Source: Candidatus Parcubacteria bacterium | Lineage (GTDB): Bacteria > Patescibacteriota > Minisyncoccia > Sungbacterales > SURF-37 | Assembly: GCA_003599755.1 (NCBI GenBank) | Contig: QZJO01000001.1 | Span: 5,222 to 69,221, forward strand | Length of the DNA: 64,000 bases | Direction: 5' to 3' | Shown here: piece after piece, positions 8,077-17,324 of the stretch | How the letters are laid out: each line of letters begins with the position of its first letter | Position numbering within the stretch: position 1 is the stretch's first letter | The notes under the pieces: generated by a model | Databases searched by the model: none | What the model was told of the DNA's origin: nothing | What the model saw: only the letters and a program-made list of their open reading frames with translations | Position numbers and translations under genes: made by a program

Positions 8077-9824
8077 GAAAGCTCTGGGGCGATTCGTTCT
8101 TGGAACTCTTTGAGCGATACCGCGCCCTGGTCGCCCTTGCCGCGTTCGCGCACCGCCACGGTCTTTGCTTCTGCTTCGCGCTTGCCGATTACGAGCAAGT
8201 ACGGAATCTTTTGCAATTCGGCTTCGCGGATTTTGCGGCCGATGGTTTCATTCCGTTCGTCGAGCCAGACGCGGATATCTTGTTTGGCGAGCGCGTTCTT
8301 TACCTCGCGCGCGTAGGGCTCTGCGGCTTCATTGACGGTCAGCACGCCGACCTGCACGGGCGCGAGCCAGAAGGGGAATGCGCCGGCGAAATGTTCTATG
8401 GCGATGGCAAAAAAACGATCCAGCGATCCGAGCACGGCCACGTGCAATACGGCCGGGCGTGCTTTTCTGCCTTGTTCATCCGTATACGAAAGGTCAAAGT
8501 TTTCGGGCTGCACGTAATCGAGCTGGATGGTGGTCAGCTGCCATTCGCGGCCGATCGCATCTTCGACGAGCACGTCGATTTTTGGCCCATAAAACGCGGC
8601 CTCTCCCGTACCGATGAAATGCGGCACGCCCCAGCGCTCGACAGCTTCGATAAGCCCGGCCTCCGCTTTTTCCCAGAGGGCGTCGGAGCCGAAATACTTT
8701 TTCTTGTTTTTCGGGTCGCGGATCGAGATGCGTGCGCGGAACTTCTTGAATCCAAAGCGGTCGTATACGTGCTTGACGATGCCGAGGATCATATCGATTT
8801 CGGCCTGGATCTGATCGTAGCGCACGATATGGTGCGTGTCGTCTTGCGTGAGCGAACGGACGCGCAAAAGACCGTTGAGTTCTCCGGATTTTTCATTCCG
8901 ATAATCGGTCGCGTTTTCCGCGATGCGCACCGGCAAGTCGCGATAGCTCCACGTCGACGCCCGGTATACTTCAAAATGGTGGGGGCAGTTCATCGGCTTG
9001 ACCACCCAGCGTTCATCTTCGGCCTGGATTGAAGGCAGCATAGCGTCGTATTTGCCCAGATGTCCGGAGCGCCGGTACAGCGATTCTTTCGCCAGATGCG
9101 GCGTCCACACGAACGAATAGCCGCGTTCGCGTTTGAGATCGCTGATATATCCCAAGATCGCCTCACGTATGGCATTGCCCGCCGGCAGATACAAAGGAAG
9201 GCCGGGGCCGACCTCGGGCGAAAAGGCAAACAACCCGAGTTTTTTCCCGAGAATCTTATGGTCGCGCCGTTCGGCTTCTTCGCGCATGCGCAGGTGATCC
9301 TCGAGTTCCGCTTTGGATCCAAACGCAAGTCCATAGATGCGGGTCAGCTGCGGATTTTTTTCGTTGCCGCGCCAATAGGCGCCCGCGATGTGCGTAAGTT
9401 TGAAACCCTCGAGCGGGATTTCGGCCGTGGACTTCACGTGTCCGCCGCGGCAAAGGTCGTCGAACGACGACTTGCTATCCGGACCCGAGAGCGTATAGAT
9501 GGAAAGCGGTCTTTTTTCTTTGGTGAATTCTTTGATGAGATCGAGCTTGAAGGGCTGGTTTTTGAAAACTTTTTTAGCGACGGCCGGTGCGACCTTGCGC
9601 CCTTTCATCGCCAGCGGCAGGCGGGCAAGTTCCCGCATGCGCGCTTCGAGCGCGGGCAGATCCTCGGGGGTCAACGGCTGGGGTAGTTTGAAATCATAGT
9701 AAAACCCATGCTCGATGACCGGGCCGATGCCCAGTTGCGCCTTGGGAAATTTTTCCAGCACCGCCATCGCCAAGAGATGCGCGAGCGAGTGGCGGATTGC
9801 GTCGGTATCCTTTTCTTGTTGCAT
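8073..9824 (-). CDS. thrS: Threonyl-tRNA synthetase (begins at the N2 editing domain; no TGS domain)
   Basis: 583 aa. 'HSLAHLLA' editing-site motif, class II core, 'RRDHKILGKKLGLFAF'. Confidence 0.9.
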   Translation of the reverse strand: MQQEKDTDAIRHSLAHLLAMAVLEKFPKAQLGIGPVIEHGFYYDFKLPQPLTPEDLPALEARMRELARLPLAMKGRKVAPAVAKKVFKNQPFKLDLIKEFTKEKRPLSIYTLSGPDSKSSFDDLCRGGHVKSTAEIPLEGFKLTHIAGAYWRGNEKNPQLTRIYGLAFGSKAELEDHLRMREEAERRDHKILGKKLGLFAFSPEVGPGLPLYLPAGNAIREAILGYISDLKRERGYSFVWTPHLAKESLYRRSGHLGKYDAMLPSIQAEDERWVVKPMNCPHHFEVYRASTWSYRDLPVRIAENATDYRNEKSGELNGLLRVRSLTQDDTHHIVRYDQIQAEIDMILGIVKHVYDRFGFKKFRARISIRDPKNKKKYFGSDALWEKAEAGLIEAVERWGVPHFIGTGEAAFYGPKIDVLVEDAIGREWQLTTIQLDYVQPENFDLSYTDEQGRKARPAVLHVAVLGSLDRFFAIAIEHFAGAFPFWLAPVQVGVLTVNEAAEPYAREVKNALAKQDIRVWLDERNETIGRKIREAELQKIPYLLVIGKREAEAKTVAVRERGKGDQGAVSLKEFQERIAPELS

Positions 9825-9892
9825 TCGTGATGTATTCCTTGCTTACTCGCCCAACTTTTCGAAAGAAAAATCGGGCGGGTTCGGCATGGCGT

Positions 9893-12800
9893 TCAGGAAA
9901 CTTCAGTCACCGCATCAGCGAGGATTTTGGGCTCATCGCGGTCTCGGGACACCCGGCCGCGAACGAGCAAGACCTTATCAACCTGCCACATTGCCGCGCT
10001 TTTCTCAAGGAGCCGCGGAAAGACCAATACTTCGGTTTTGCCGGTATGGTCTTCGAGCTGCACGAAGAGCATGGCCGCGCCGGCTTTCGTGGTGATGCGT
10101 TTCGCCCCGGATACGAGGCCGCCGACAGTCACGAGCGTATCGCGCGGCTGGCCGCCGAGCGCCGCGCAGGCCGCGGTGACTTTCTTGGCGAGTCGGTCGC
10201 GGTAGTCGTCGAGCGGGTGTTCGGACAAATACAGCCCGAGCAATTCCTTTTCCCACGTGAGGCGGTCGCGTTTGGCCGCGGGTTCGGCCGCATCCAAGGA
10301 AAGCATGGCAGCGGGTCCCGCCTCGGCGCCGCCAAAGAGCGAGCTTTGCCCCATGGCCGCGGCTTTTTGAATCTCGCGCGCGTATTCGAGCACGCGGTCC
10401 AGATTTGCAAGCAGAAGCCCCCGTTCGCCGAGCTCGTCGAGCGCCCCGCACTTGATGAGCGATTCGAGAGATTTTTTGTTGAGATCTTTGGACTGCACGC
10501 GGCCGACGAAATCGTCGATTGACACAAATGGCCCGCCCGCTTCGCGCGCGGCGATGATCGCATCGACGATGTTCGTGCCGACGTTTTTGATCGAACCCAG
10601 GCCAAAGCGGATTTCTTTGTCCGAGACGACGGTGAACGTGGCGCGCGAAGAATTGACCGACGGCGCAAGGATGGAAAGGCCCATGCTCCGCGCTTCGTCC
10701 ACGAGGAACGCGACGCGCTCGACTTCGAACCCTTCGGCGGTCATGAGTGAGGCCATGAAGTCGGCCGGCCAATGCGCTTTCAAATACGCGGTCTGGTAGG
10801 CGATGAGCGCGTAGCAGGTTGCGTGCGACTTATTGAAGCCGTAGCGGGCGAACGGAGGAAAAAGCTCCCAGATATCTTCGGCGGTTTTTCGCGGGATCCC
10901 GTTTTTGACCATACCCTCGATGAGCTTGCCGCGCTGTTCGTCGAGCAGCGATTTGATCTTCTTGCCGATAGCCCGGCGCATGGTATCCGCTTCGGCAAAA
11001 CTAAACCCGGCAAGGTCCCGGGTGATCTGCATCATCTGCTCTTGGTAGACGCCGATGCCGTAGGTCGGCTTGAGGATCGGCTCGAGCTTCGGATGCAGGT
11101 ACGTGATCCGCTCGCGGCCGTGCTTGCGCGCGATGAACGAGGGCAAAAGGTCCATCGGTCCGGGCCGGTACAGCGACACCATGGCAATGAGATCTTCGAA
11201 TTCGGTGGGTTGCAAATCCTTGAGGTATCGCTTCATGCCCTGGCTTTCAAACTGGAAAATGCCCGTGGTCTTTCCTTCGCGGAACAGACGGAAGGTGTCG
11301 CGGTCGTTGAGCGTAAGCGCGTCGAGGTCAAGCGGAATGTTATGGCGCTCGCGGATGAGCTTGGCCGCTTCTTCGATGATGGAAAGGTTGCGCAGGCCGA
11401 GAAAGTCGATTTTCAAAAGCCCGAGGTCTTCGACCGCGTGCATCTCGTATTGCGTGACGACTACTTTTTCCGATTCGCCGTTTCCGTTCCCATTCCCGTT
11501 TCCATTTCCGGATTTGTGCCCCCCGCGGGTCGCAAGCTGCAGCGGCAGATAGTGGGTAAGCGCCTCGGGCGTAATCACCACGCCGCAGGCGTGCGTAGAT
11601 GCGTGGCGGGCCACGCCTTCGAGCTTTCGCGCGGTATCGATCAGGCGTTTGGCATCGTCGCGCGATGCGTATAATTCTTTGAATTCGGGGACCTTCTCGA
11701 GCGCTTCGCCGAGCGTCGTGTGAAAGGGGATCATTTTTGCCGCCGTATCGCAAAAGGTATACGGCATGCCGAGCGCCCGGCCCGTATCGCGAATGGCCGC
11801 GCGCGCTGCCATGGTGCCGAACGTGATGATCTGCGCCACATGATCGCGGCCGTAGGTTTGGGCAGCGTATTCGATGACCTCGTCGCGGCGCCGGTCCGAG
11901 AAATCGAGATCAATATCCGGCATGGTGATGCGGCTCGGGTTCAAAAACCGCTCGAAGACGAGATTATACGCGAGGGGATCGATATTCGTGATACCGAGTG
12001 CATAGGATACGAGCGAGCCGGGGGCCGAGCCGCGGCCGGGACCGACCATGATGCCGTGCTTGCGCGCCCAGCCAACCAGGTCCTGGACGATCAGAAAGTA
12101 GGTCGAGAATCCGGTTTGACGGATGATTTCCAATTCGTATTGGATGCGTTCTTGGACCGCGGCAGCTTCGGCATCGGTGCGCGTGAGTATGTCCGCGCCG
12201 TGCCGTCGTTCGATTCCGGTACGCACGAGCGTTTCCAAATAGCGATCCGGCGTGGTGTCATCGGGGACTTGAAACGGCGGCAAGAGGGGCTTGCCCATCG
12301 GGATTTCGATATGGACGCCATCGGCGATTTCGTGGGTATTGGCGACTGCCTCGGGAATATCGCGGAAAAAATCGAGCATTGCGTCCGTCGACTTCATGGA
12401 AAAATCATCGCCCTTCATGGTCAGGCGGTTCTCGTCATCAATGCGGTTGCCGGTCTGCACCGAGACGAGCACGTCCTGGGCGTCGCGGTCGTCGGACGTG
12501 GTGTAGTGGATGTCGTTGACGCCAACGAGTTTCGCGCCGGTCTTTTTTGAGAGTGCGATGAGCGCGTCGTTGACGATTTTTTGTTCCGGAATGCCCGGAT
12601 GCGCGCCCAGCTCCAGGTAGAAATGTTCTTTGCCGAAGATATCTTGATAGTCGGCGATCAGCCGTTCGGCCGCGTTGATTTTGCGGGCGAGAATCGCTTG
12701 CGAGATTTCGCTATTGAGGCAGCCCGACAGCGCTGAGATACCGGCCGCGTGCTTCTTCAAGAGTTCCTTGTCCGCGCGCGGCTTATAATAGAAGCCCTCG

Positions 12801-13129
12801 AGGTGCGCTTGGGTGACGATTTCAAGAAGATTTTTGTATCCTTCGTAACTTCGAGCAAGCGCGGTGAGATGATAGCGCTTGTGGTCGATCCCCGGGCGCT
12901 TGTCGCGCATGCCTTCGGTCGCGATGTACAGCTCGCAACCGATGATCGGCTTGATACCGGCTTTCGTGGCCTTCTGGTAGAATTCGATCGCGCCATAGAG
13001 AACCCCGTGATCGGTCAGCGCGAGCGAGTCGAAGCCGAGTTGGCCGGCGCGGCGCACGAGCTCGTCGATCTTGGAAAGCCCATCAAGCAAACTATAGTGC
13101 GAATGTACATGCAGGTGGGTAAATTTCAT
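9893..13129 (-). CDS. dnaE: DNA polymerase III alpha subunit
   Basis: 1078 aa. PHP domain 'LHVHSHYSLLDGL', polymerase core, OB fold. Confidence 0.9.
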   Translation of the reverse strand: MKFTHLHVHSHYSLLDGLSKIDELVRRAGQLGFDSLALTDHGVLYGAIEFYQKATKAGIKPIIGCELYIATEGMRDKRPGIDHKRYHLTALARSYEGYKNLLEIVTQAHLEGFYYKPRADKELLKKHAAGISALSGCLNSEISQAILARKINAAERLIADYQDIFGKEHFYLELGAHPGIPEQKIVNDALIALSKKTGAKLVGVNDIHYTTSDDRDAQDVLVSVQTGNRIDDENRLTMKGDDFSMKSTDAMLDFFRDIPEAVANTHEIADGVHIEIPMGKPLLPPFQVPDDTTPDRYLETLVRTGIERRHGADILTRTDAEAAAVQERIQYELEIIRQTGFSTYFLIVQDLVGWARKHGIMVGPGRGSAPGSLVSYALGITNIDPLAYNLVFERFLNPSRITMPDIDLDFSDRRRDEVIEYAAQTYGRDHVAQIITFGTMAARAAIRDTGRALGMPYTFCDTAAKMIPFHTTLGEALEKVPEFKELYASRDDAKRLIDTARKLEGVARHASTHACGVVITPEALTHYLPLQLATRGGHKSGNGNGNGNGNGESEKVVVTQYEMHAVEDLGLLKIDFLGLRNLSIIEEAAKLIRERHNIPLDLDALTLNDRDTFRLFREGKTTGIFQFESQGMKRYLKDLQPTEFEDLIAMVSLYRPGPMDLLPSFIARKHGRERITYLHPKLEPILKPTYGIGVYQEQMMQITRDLAGFSFAEADTMRRAIGKKIKSLLDEQRGKLIEGMVKNGIPRKTAEDIWELFPPFARYGFNKSHATCYALIAYQTAYLKAHWPADFMASLMTAEGFEVERVAFLVDEARSMGLSILAPSVNSSRATFTVVSDKEIRFGLGSIKNVGTNIVDAIIAAREAGGPFVSIDDFVGRVQSKDLNKKSLESLIKCGALDELGERGLLLANLDRVLEYAREIQKAAAMGQSSLFGGAEAGPAAMLSLDAAEPAAKRDRLTWEKELLGLYLSEHPLDDYRDRLAKKVTAACAALGGQPRDTLVTVGGLVSGAKRITTKAGAAMLFVQLEDHTGKTEVLVFPRLLEKSAAMWQVDKVLLVRGRVSRDRDEPKILADAVTEVS
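11478..11510 (-). repeat. In-frame hexanucleotide microsatellite inside dnaE encoding (GN)4-5
   Basis: Minus-strand GGAAATGGAAACGGGAATGGGAACGG, translated as 'GNGNGNGNG' within 'HKSGNGNGNGNGESEK'. Confidence 0.5.
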
Positions 13130-13144
13130 GGATGGTGATGGACG

Positions 13145-13220
13145 TGCACCCCGTTAGAAGTCCGTTCCGCCTGCGGCGGAATGGCAGACGCCTGTGGCGT
13201 CTTACTTCTAACGGGGTGCA
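13145..13220. ncRNA. Structured inverted-repeat element (17-bp outer stem plus two internal hairpins) in the dnaE/rnhB divergent spacer. Member of the CCCGTTAGA family. Candidate small RNA or regulatory site.
   Basis: TGCACCCCGTTAGAAGT ... ACTTCTAACGGGGTGCA perfect 17-nt arms. Inner hairpins TTCCGCC-TGC-GGCGGAA and AGACGCC-TGT-GGCGTCT. Confidence 0.35.
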
Positions 13221-13304
13221 GATGGGTGAATTGCATGCGGTGGCGCCGGCGTTAGTTCTTCTCTACGATAACAGAAGCTTTCTCGCACGGGCAACTTTTC
13301 TTAT

Positions 13305-13910
13305 TTGAATACTATGCGGCGGGTCGTAATCGGCATTGATGAAGTTGGGCGGGGGGCATTGGCCGGCCCCGTGGTGCTCTCGGCCGTACGGACCGAAGCG
13401 CCGGTGCGCTGGGTGCATCCAAAACTTGGCCCGATTCGGGACTCGAAAAAACTCACGGCGCGCGCGCGTCAGTTATGGTTCGACTATTTGACCCGTCATC
13501 CGGCGTTGGTTTGGCGCGTGAGCTGGACGAGTCCCGCGCTGATCGACCGCGTCAATATCGCGCGGGCGGCCGATCGGGCCGCCTGTCGCTTGGCGCGCCG
13601 GCTCATGCCGGCGGGCGCCTGTTTCGTGTGGCTGGACGGCGGTCTTCGACTGCCCGCCGACATTCCGCATGAGGCGGTGATCAAGGGCGATGAGCGGATT
13701 CCCATCGTCGCCGCGGCATCCATTATCGCCAAGGTGTGGCGCGATCGGCTCATGGTACGACATGCCGCGCGCTTTCCGGTCTACGGTTTTGACGAACACA
13801 AGGGCTACGGCACGCGATTCCATCGCGAGCAGCTGCGGCTTCACGGACCGTCGGTATTGCATCGGCGATCGTTTATTACGCGGCTTATCGAGGCGCGCGT
13901 GCGCTCATAG
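13305..13910 (+). CDS. rnhB: Ribonuclease HII
   Basis: 'IGIDEVGRGALAGPVV' active-site motif. The track start is a TTG; ATG at 13314 is the alternative. Confidence 0.85.
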   Translation: MNTMRRVVIGIDEVGRGALAGPVVLSAVRTEAPVRWVHPKLGPIRDSKKLTARARQLWFDYLTRHPALVWRVSWTSPALIDRVNIARAADRAACRLARRLMPAGACFVWLDGGLRLPADIPHEAVIKGDERIPIVAAASIIAKVWRDRLMVRHAARFPVYGFDEHKGYGTRFHREQLRLHGPSVLHRRSFITRLIEARVRS

Positions 13911-13952
13911 CGCATTGTTCTCACCCCAGGGCCCTTTTGTTACCATTGATAT

Positions 13953-14900
13953 ATGGAAATCATCGGTCATGAGCGACCGTTGGCGTATCTGCGCGCGGTC
14001 GCGACGCGGGGCGAATTGGCGCACGCGTATCTGTTTGTCGGTCCTGCTGGCGTAGGCAAGCGAGCCGTGGCCGAGGCGCTCGCGCGCGAGCTCTTGTGCA
14101 GTGCGAAACGCCATGATTTTGGCGGCTGCGGCGCGTGCGCTGATTGCGCTTTGATGGCGAACCGGGCGCACCCTGACGTGGTGACGCTGTCGCCCGCGGA
14201 GCGGCTTTTAACCGATGCCGATAAGAAGGATATCGGTATCGAAGACGTGCATGAACTGACGCGGCGCCTGGCCGCAACCGCGTGGCGCGGCGGCTGGCGC
14301 GTGGCCATTGTGGACGGCGTGGAGCGCATGTCGCGCGATGCCATGACCGCGCTTTTAAAAACTCTCGAGGAGCCGGGCGAGCGGACGGTATTTGTGCTTA
14401 TTGCGCAGACCCTGTCGGGCATTTTGCCGACCATTCGTTCGCGCGCGGTACCGCTCGCATTCACGCCGGTAGCCGATGACGAGCTCGCGCCCATGCTTGC
14501 GTCATTGCCGGCGGGCGAACGCGCACCAGCACTGGCGCTGGCGAATGGCCGGCCGGGCATTGCCGTGCGCCTTGCCAATGATGCCGAATTCCGGGAGCGC
14601 GCGCTTTCTGAACAACGCGAGTATCATACGCTCCTGCGAGCGGCTTTGCCCACGCAGTTTTCGTTTGCCGAAGCCGAGAGTCGGGAGCCGGGGCGCCTGG
14701 AAGGATTTTTAAGCTATGCCGCGGCGGAACTGCGTAAGGATTTAGCTGCTGCGGTCGGCGAACGGCAACAGCGCATTGCCGCCGCACTCGGCATCATGCT
14801 CAAGACCTTAGCCTCGCTTGCCGGCGCGAATGTGAACCGGCGCTTGGCCGCGGATCATCTGTTCTTCCAGCTCGATGGCCTCCGCCGCCAGACGGTATGA
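13953..14900 (+). CDS. holB: DNA polymerase III delta-prime subunit (HolB)
   Basis: 'HAYLFVGPAGVGKRAVAEALAREL' Walker A-like, a Cys cluster 'CGACADC', 'TLEEP', 'SRAVPLAF' (SRC-like). Confidence 0.75.
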   Translation: MEIIGHERPLAYLRAVATRGELAHAYLFVGPAGVGKRAVAEALARELLCSAKRHDFGGCGACADCALMANRAHPDVVTLSPAERLLTDADKKDIGIEDVHELTRRLAATAWRGGWRVAIVDGVERMSRDAMTALLKTLEEPGERTVFVLIAQTLSGILPTIRSRAVPLAFTPVADDELAPMLASLPAGERAPALALANGRPGIAVRLANDAEFRERALSEQREYHTLLRAALPTQFSFAEAESREPGRLEGFLSYAAAELRKDLAAAVGERQQRIAAALGIMLKTLASLAGANVNRRLAADHLFFQLDGLRRQTV

Positions 14901-16036
14901 ATACCATGAATAACCGCACCACGGTTATCGTGTTCCTCGCGATTTTTGCCGTCGGCATCGTGCTTTTCGTCGTGCTGCCGTTCATATTTTTTCGCGGGCC
15001 GAGCGAGCCCGAAGAGCCGGGCGTCCCGCCGCCATCGGGCGAGCCGGCCGACGTTCCGACACAAGGGGTATTCCGCTCCGACAACGGCGGCCGGACATGG
15101 GATCCGGCAGATGCGATCGAGGGCCGGATCGGATCCATTGCCGGGTTCCGGATCCGCCGGCTGATCCCGCACCCGACCGATCCGGACACGCTGTTCGCCG
15201 CGACCGAATCCAACGGGCTTTGGGAATCGCGGAGCCGCGGAGCGCTCTGGGCCCAGATTGCGGATGACGAGAGCATGGACGGCGGCCTGGCGCCCATGGC
15301 CGATGTGTTGTCGGTGGCGATCAATCCCGACGATCCGCGCGAATGGTATGTCGCGGCCTACCAAGACCGGCGCGGCCGCCTGTTCCGATCGCTCGATGAC
15401 GGCAATTCGTTTACCGAAGTGTACCGCACGCCGAGCGAGCGCTTCGGCGTCTTTGACGCGTACTATGATTCCGATACGCGGGCGGTCTGGATTATCACAG
15501 GCCAAGGCGGACTATTAGAGAGCAGGGACCGCGGCGAGACATGGCGCGTGGTGCGCTGGTTCGCCGACGGCCTGATCCGGATGCTCGTGAGTCCGCGCAA
15601 CGAGGCCGTACGGTTTTTGGTAACGCCCGAAGGCCGGGTGTTTCGTACCGAGGACCGTGGGGCAAGCTGGGTGGACATTACGCCGAATTTCCGGCAGTTT
15701 TCTGGCGCGACTGCCCAGCAGGCCTGGTTTATCGACAGCGACGGCAATTTGTATCTGGGTTCAGCTTACGGCCTGCTCCGTTCGCGCGACCACGGCGATA
15801 CGTTTACCGCGCCGCCGCTGATCGTGCCGCCCGAATCGCTGCCCGTGCGCGCCGTTGCCGCGCATCCAGCCGAGCCATTCCGCGTCGCCGCTGCTGCAGC
15901 AAACCAGCTGTACCGCTCCGATGACGACGGACTGAGCTGGTCCATCCTCATATCGCCGCCGGGTTCCAGTATCACGGACCTTCTCTTCCATCCGACCGAT
16001 CGATCCGTTATCTTTGCCATTACTACGAGCCGCTAA
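14897..16036 (+). CDS. Membrane-anchored BNR/Asp-box repeat beta-propeller protein (Ycf48/sialidase-like fold)
   Basis: N-terminal TM, then repeated S/D-x-D-x-G-x-T/S-W Asp-boxes: DNGGRTWD, RDRGETWRV, EDRGASW, RDHGDTF, DDDGLSWS. Confidence 0.55.
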   Translation: MNTMNNRTTVIVFLAIFAVGIVLFVVLPFIFFRGPSEPEEPGVPPPSGEPADVPTQGVFRSDNGGRTWDPADAIEGRIGSIAGFRIRRLIPHPTDPDTLFAATESNGLWESRSRGALWAQIADDESMDGGLAPMADVLSVAINPDDPREWYVAAYQDRRGRLFRSLDDGNSFTEVYRTPSERFGVFDAYYDSDTRAVWIITGQGGLLESRDRGETWRVVRWFADGLIRMLVSPRNEAVRFLVTPEGRVFRTEDRGASWVDITPNFRQFSGATAQQAWFIDSDGNLYLGSAYGLLRSRDHGDTFTAPPLIVPPESLPVRAVAAHPAEPFRVAAAAANQLYRSDDDGLSWSILISPPGSSITDLLFHPTDRSVIFAITTSR

Positions 16037-16045
16037 CGTCCCCGC

Positions 16046-16588
16046 ATGGCAGAATTGAAACAAAAACTCGAATCCGTCATAATCGCGCTCCGGAATGACA
16101 TCGCCGGTTTGCGTACCGGCCGCGCCACGCCGGCACTGGTCGAAGATATCGAGGTGGACGCCTATGGCGCGAAGCAGCCCTTGAAGTCGCTGGCCGCCAT
16201 ATCCACGCCCGAACCGCGCCAGATCACGATCCAGCCGTGGGACCGTTCGCTGATCCAAGCGGTCGAGAAGGCGATCCAGGCATCGCCCCTCGGCCTCGCG
16301 CCCATTGCCGAGAAGGATGTGGTGCGGTTGAATCTGCCGACCCTGACCGAAGAGCGCAAACGCGATTTGGTGCGCCTGTTGAAGGAGAAGCTCGAGACCG
16401 CGCGCATCGCGGTGCGCAGAGTTCGCGATGACGCGATGAAGCAGGTGGAGAGCCGCGAGAAAGCCAAAGAAATTTCCGAGGACCAGAAATTCCGCGAGAA
16501 GCAGGACGTGGAAAAGGCGATCGGTGAAGCGAATCAAAAGATCGAGGATCTGGGCAGAGCCAAGGAGATCGAAATCATGGCGGGCTAG
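16046..16588 (+). CDS. frr: Ribosome recycling factor
   Basis: 180 aa, RRF family ('IRTGRATPALVEDIEVDAYG', 'ITIQPWD'). Confidence 0.9.
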   Translation: MAELKQKLESVIIALRNDIAGLRTGRATPALVEDIEVDAYGAKQPLKSLAAISTPEPRQITIQPWDRSLIQAVEKAIQASPLGLAPIAEKDVVRLNLPTLTEERKRDLVRLLKEKLETARIAVRRVRDDAMKQVESREKAKEISEDQKFREKQDVEKAIGEANQKIEDLGRAKEIEIMAG

Positions 16589-16590
16589 CG

Positions 16591-17322
16591 ATGGCCAAGC
16601 GCCGATTGGACGCGATTCTTATTGGGGAGCACGGCGTTCCGGACGCGAACGCCGCGTTCGTGCTCGTGACCGAAGGCCGTGTGTTTATCAACGGCCAAAA
16701 AGCGGTCTCGCCGGCACAGACGGTAGCCGGGAATGCGACCGTCGAAGTACGCCAGCCCCGCGCATACGTCGGCCGCGCGGCGTATAAGTTGGAGGCGGCA
16801 TTGGAGCACTTTGGCATTTCGGTCGACGGCATGATCGCGGCCGACGTCGGCGCGGCCACGGGCGGATTCGTCGAGGTGCTCGTGAAGCGCGGCGCCAAAA
16901 AGGTCTATGCGATCGATACCGCGCGCGGCAAGCTCGATTTGAAAATTCGGGAGCATCCGCGCGTGTTTGTCATGGAAGGAACCGACGCGCGCGCGATTGA
17001 TCGATTGCCCGACCCCATCGATATCGTTTCCATGGACGTCTCGCTGATCTCGCTCCGGCAGATGCTCGGCCCCGTGCGGCAGTGGCTCGCGCCGGACGCG
17101 AGCGTGATCGTGCTTTTGAAACCGCAGTACGAAGCCGAGCCCGGCGAACTCAAGCACGGCATCGTGCGGCTTGACGCGGCGCGCGAACGGATCGTCCGGG
17201 ATTTTCGCGCGTGGTGTTCGGCGAACGGCTGGCAAGAGCGGGGCATGATCGAATCGCCGATCCGCGGTACGGAAGGCAATATCGAGTATCTTTTTTGGCT
17301 GCAGTTGGGTAGTATCGGATAG
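16591..17322 (+). CDS. tlyA: TlyA-family rRNA 2'-O-methyltransferase (hemolysin A-like)
   Basis: S4-like N-terminus plus FtsJ fold 'DVGAATGGFVEVLVKRGAKKVYAIDTARGKL'. Confidence 0.8.
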   Translation: MAKRRLDAILIGEHGVPDANAAFVLVTEGRVFINGQKAVSPAQTVAGNATVEVRQPRAYVGRAAYKLEAALEHFGISVDGMIAADVGAATGGFVEVLVKRGAKKVYAIDTARGKLDLKIREHPRVFVMEGTDARAIDRLPDPIDIVSMDVSLISLRQMLGPVRQWLAPDASVIVLLKPQYEAEPGELKHGIVRLDAARERIVRDFRAWCSANGWQERGMIESPIRGTEGNIEYLFWLQLGSIG

Positions 17323-17324
17323 AT

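Noticed and set aside
10772-12550. Two plus-strand ORFs of 300 aa and 276 aa
   Set aside because: Antisense to dnaE, which has unambiguous polymerase motifs.
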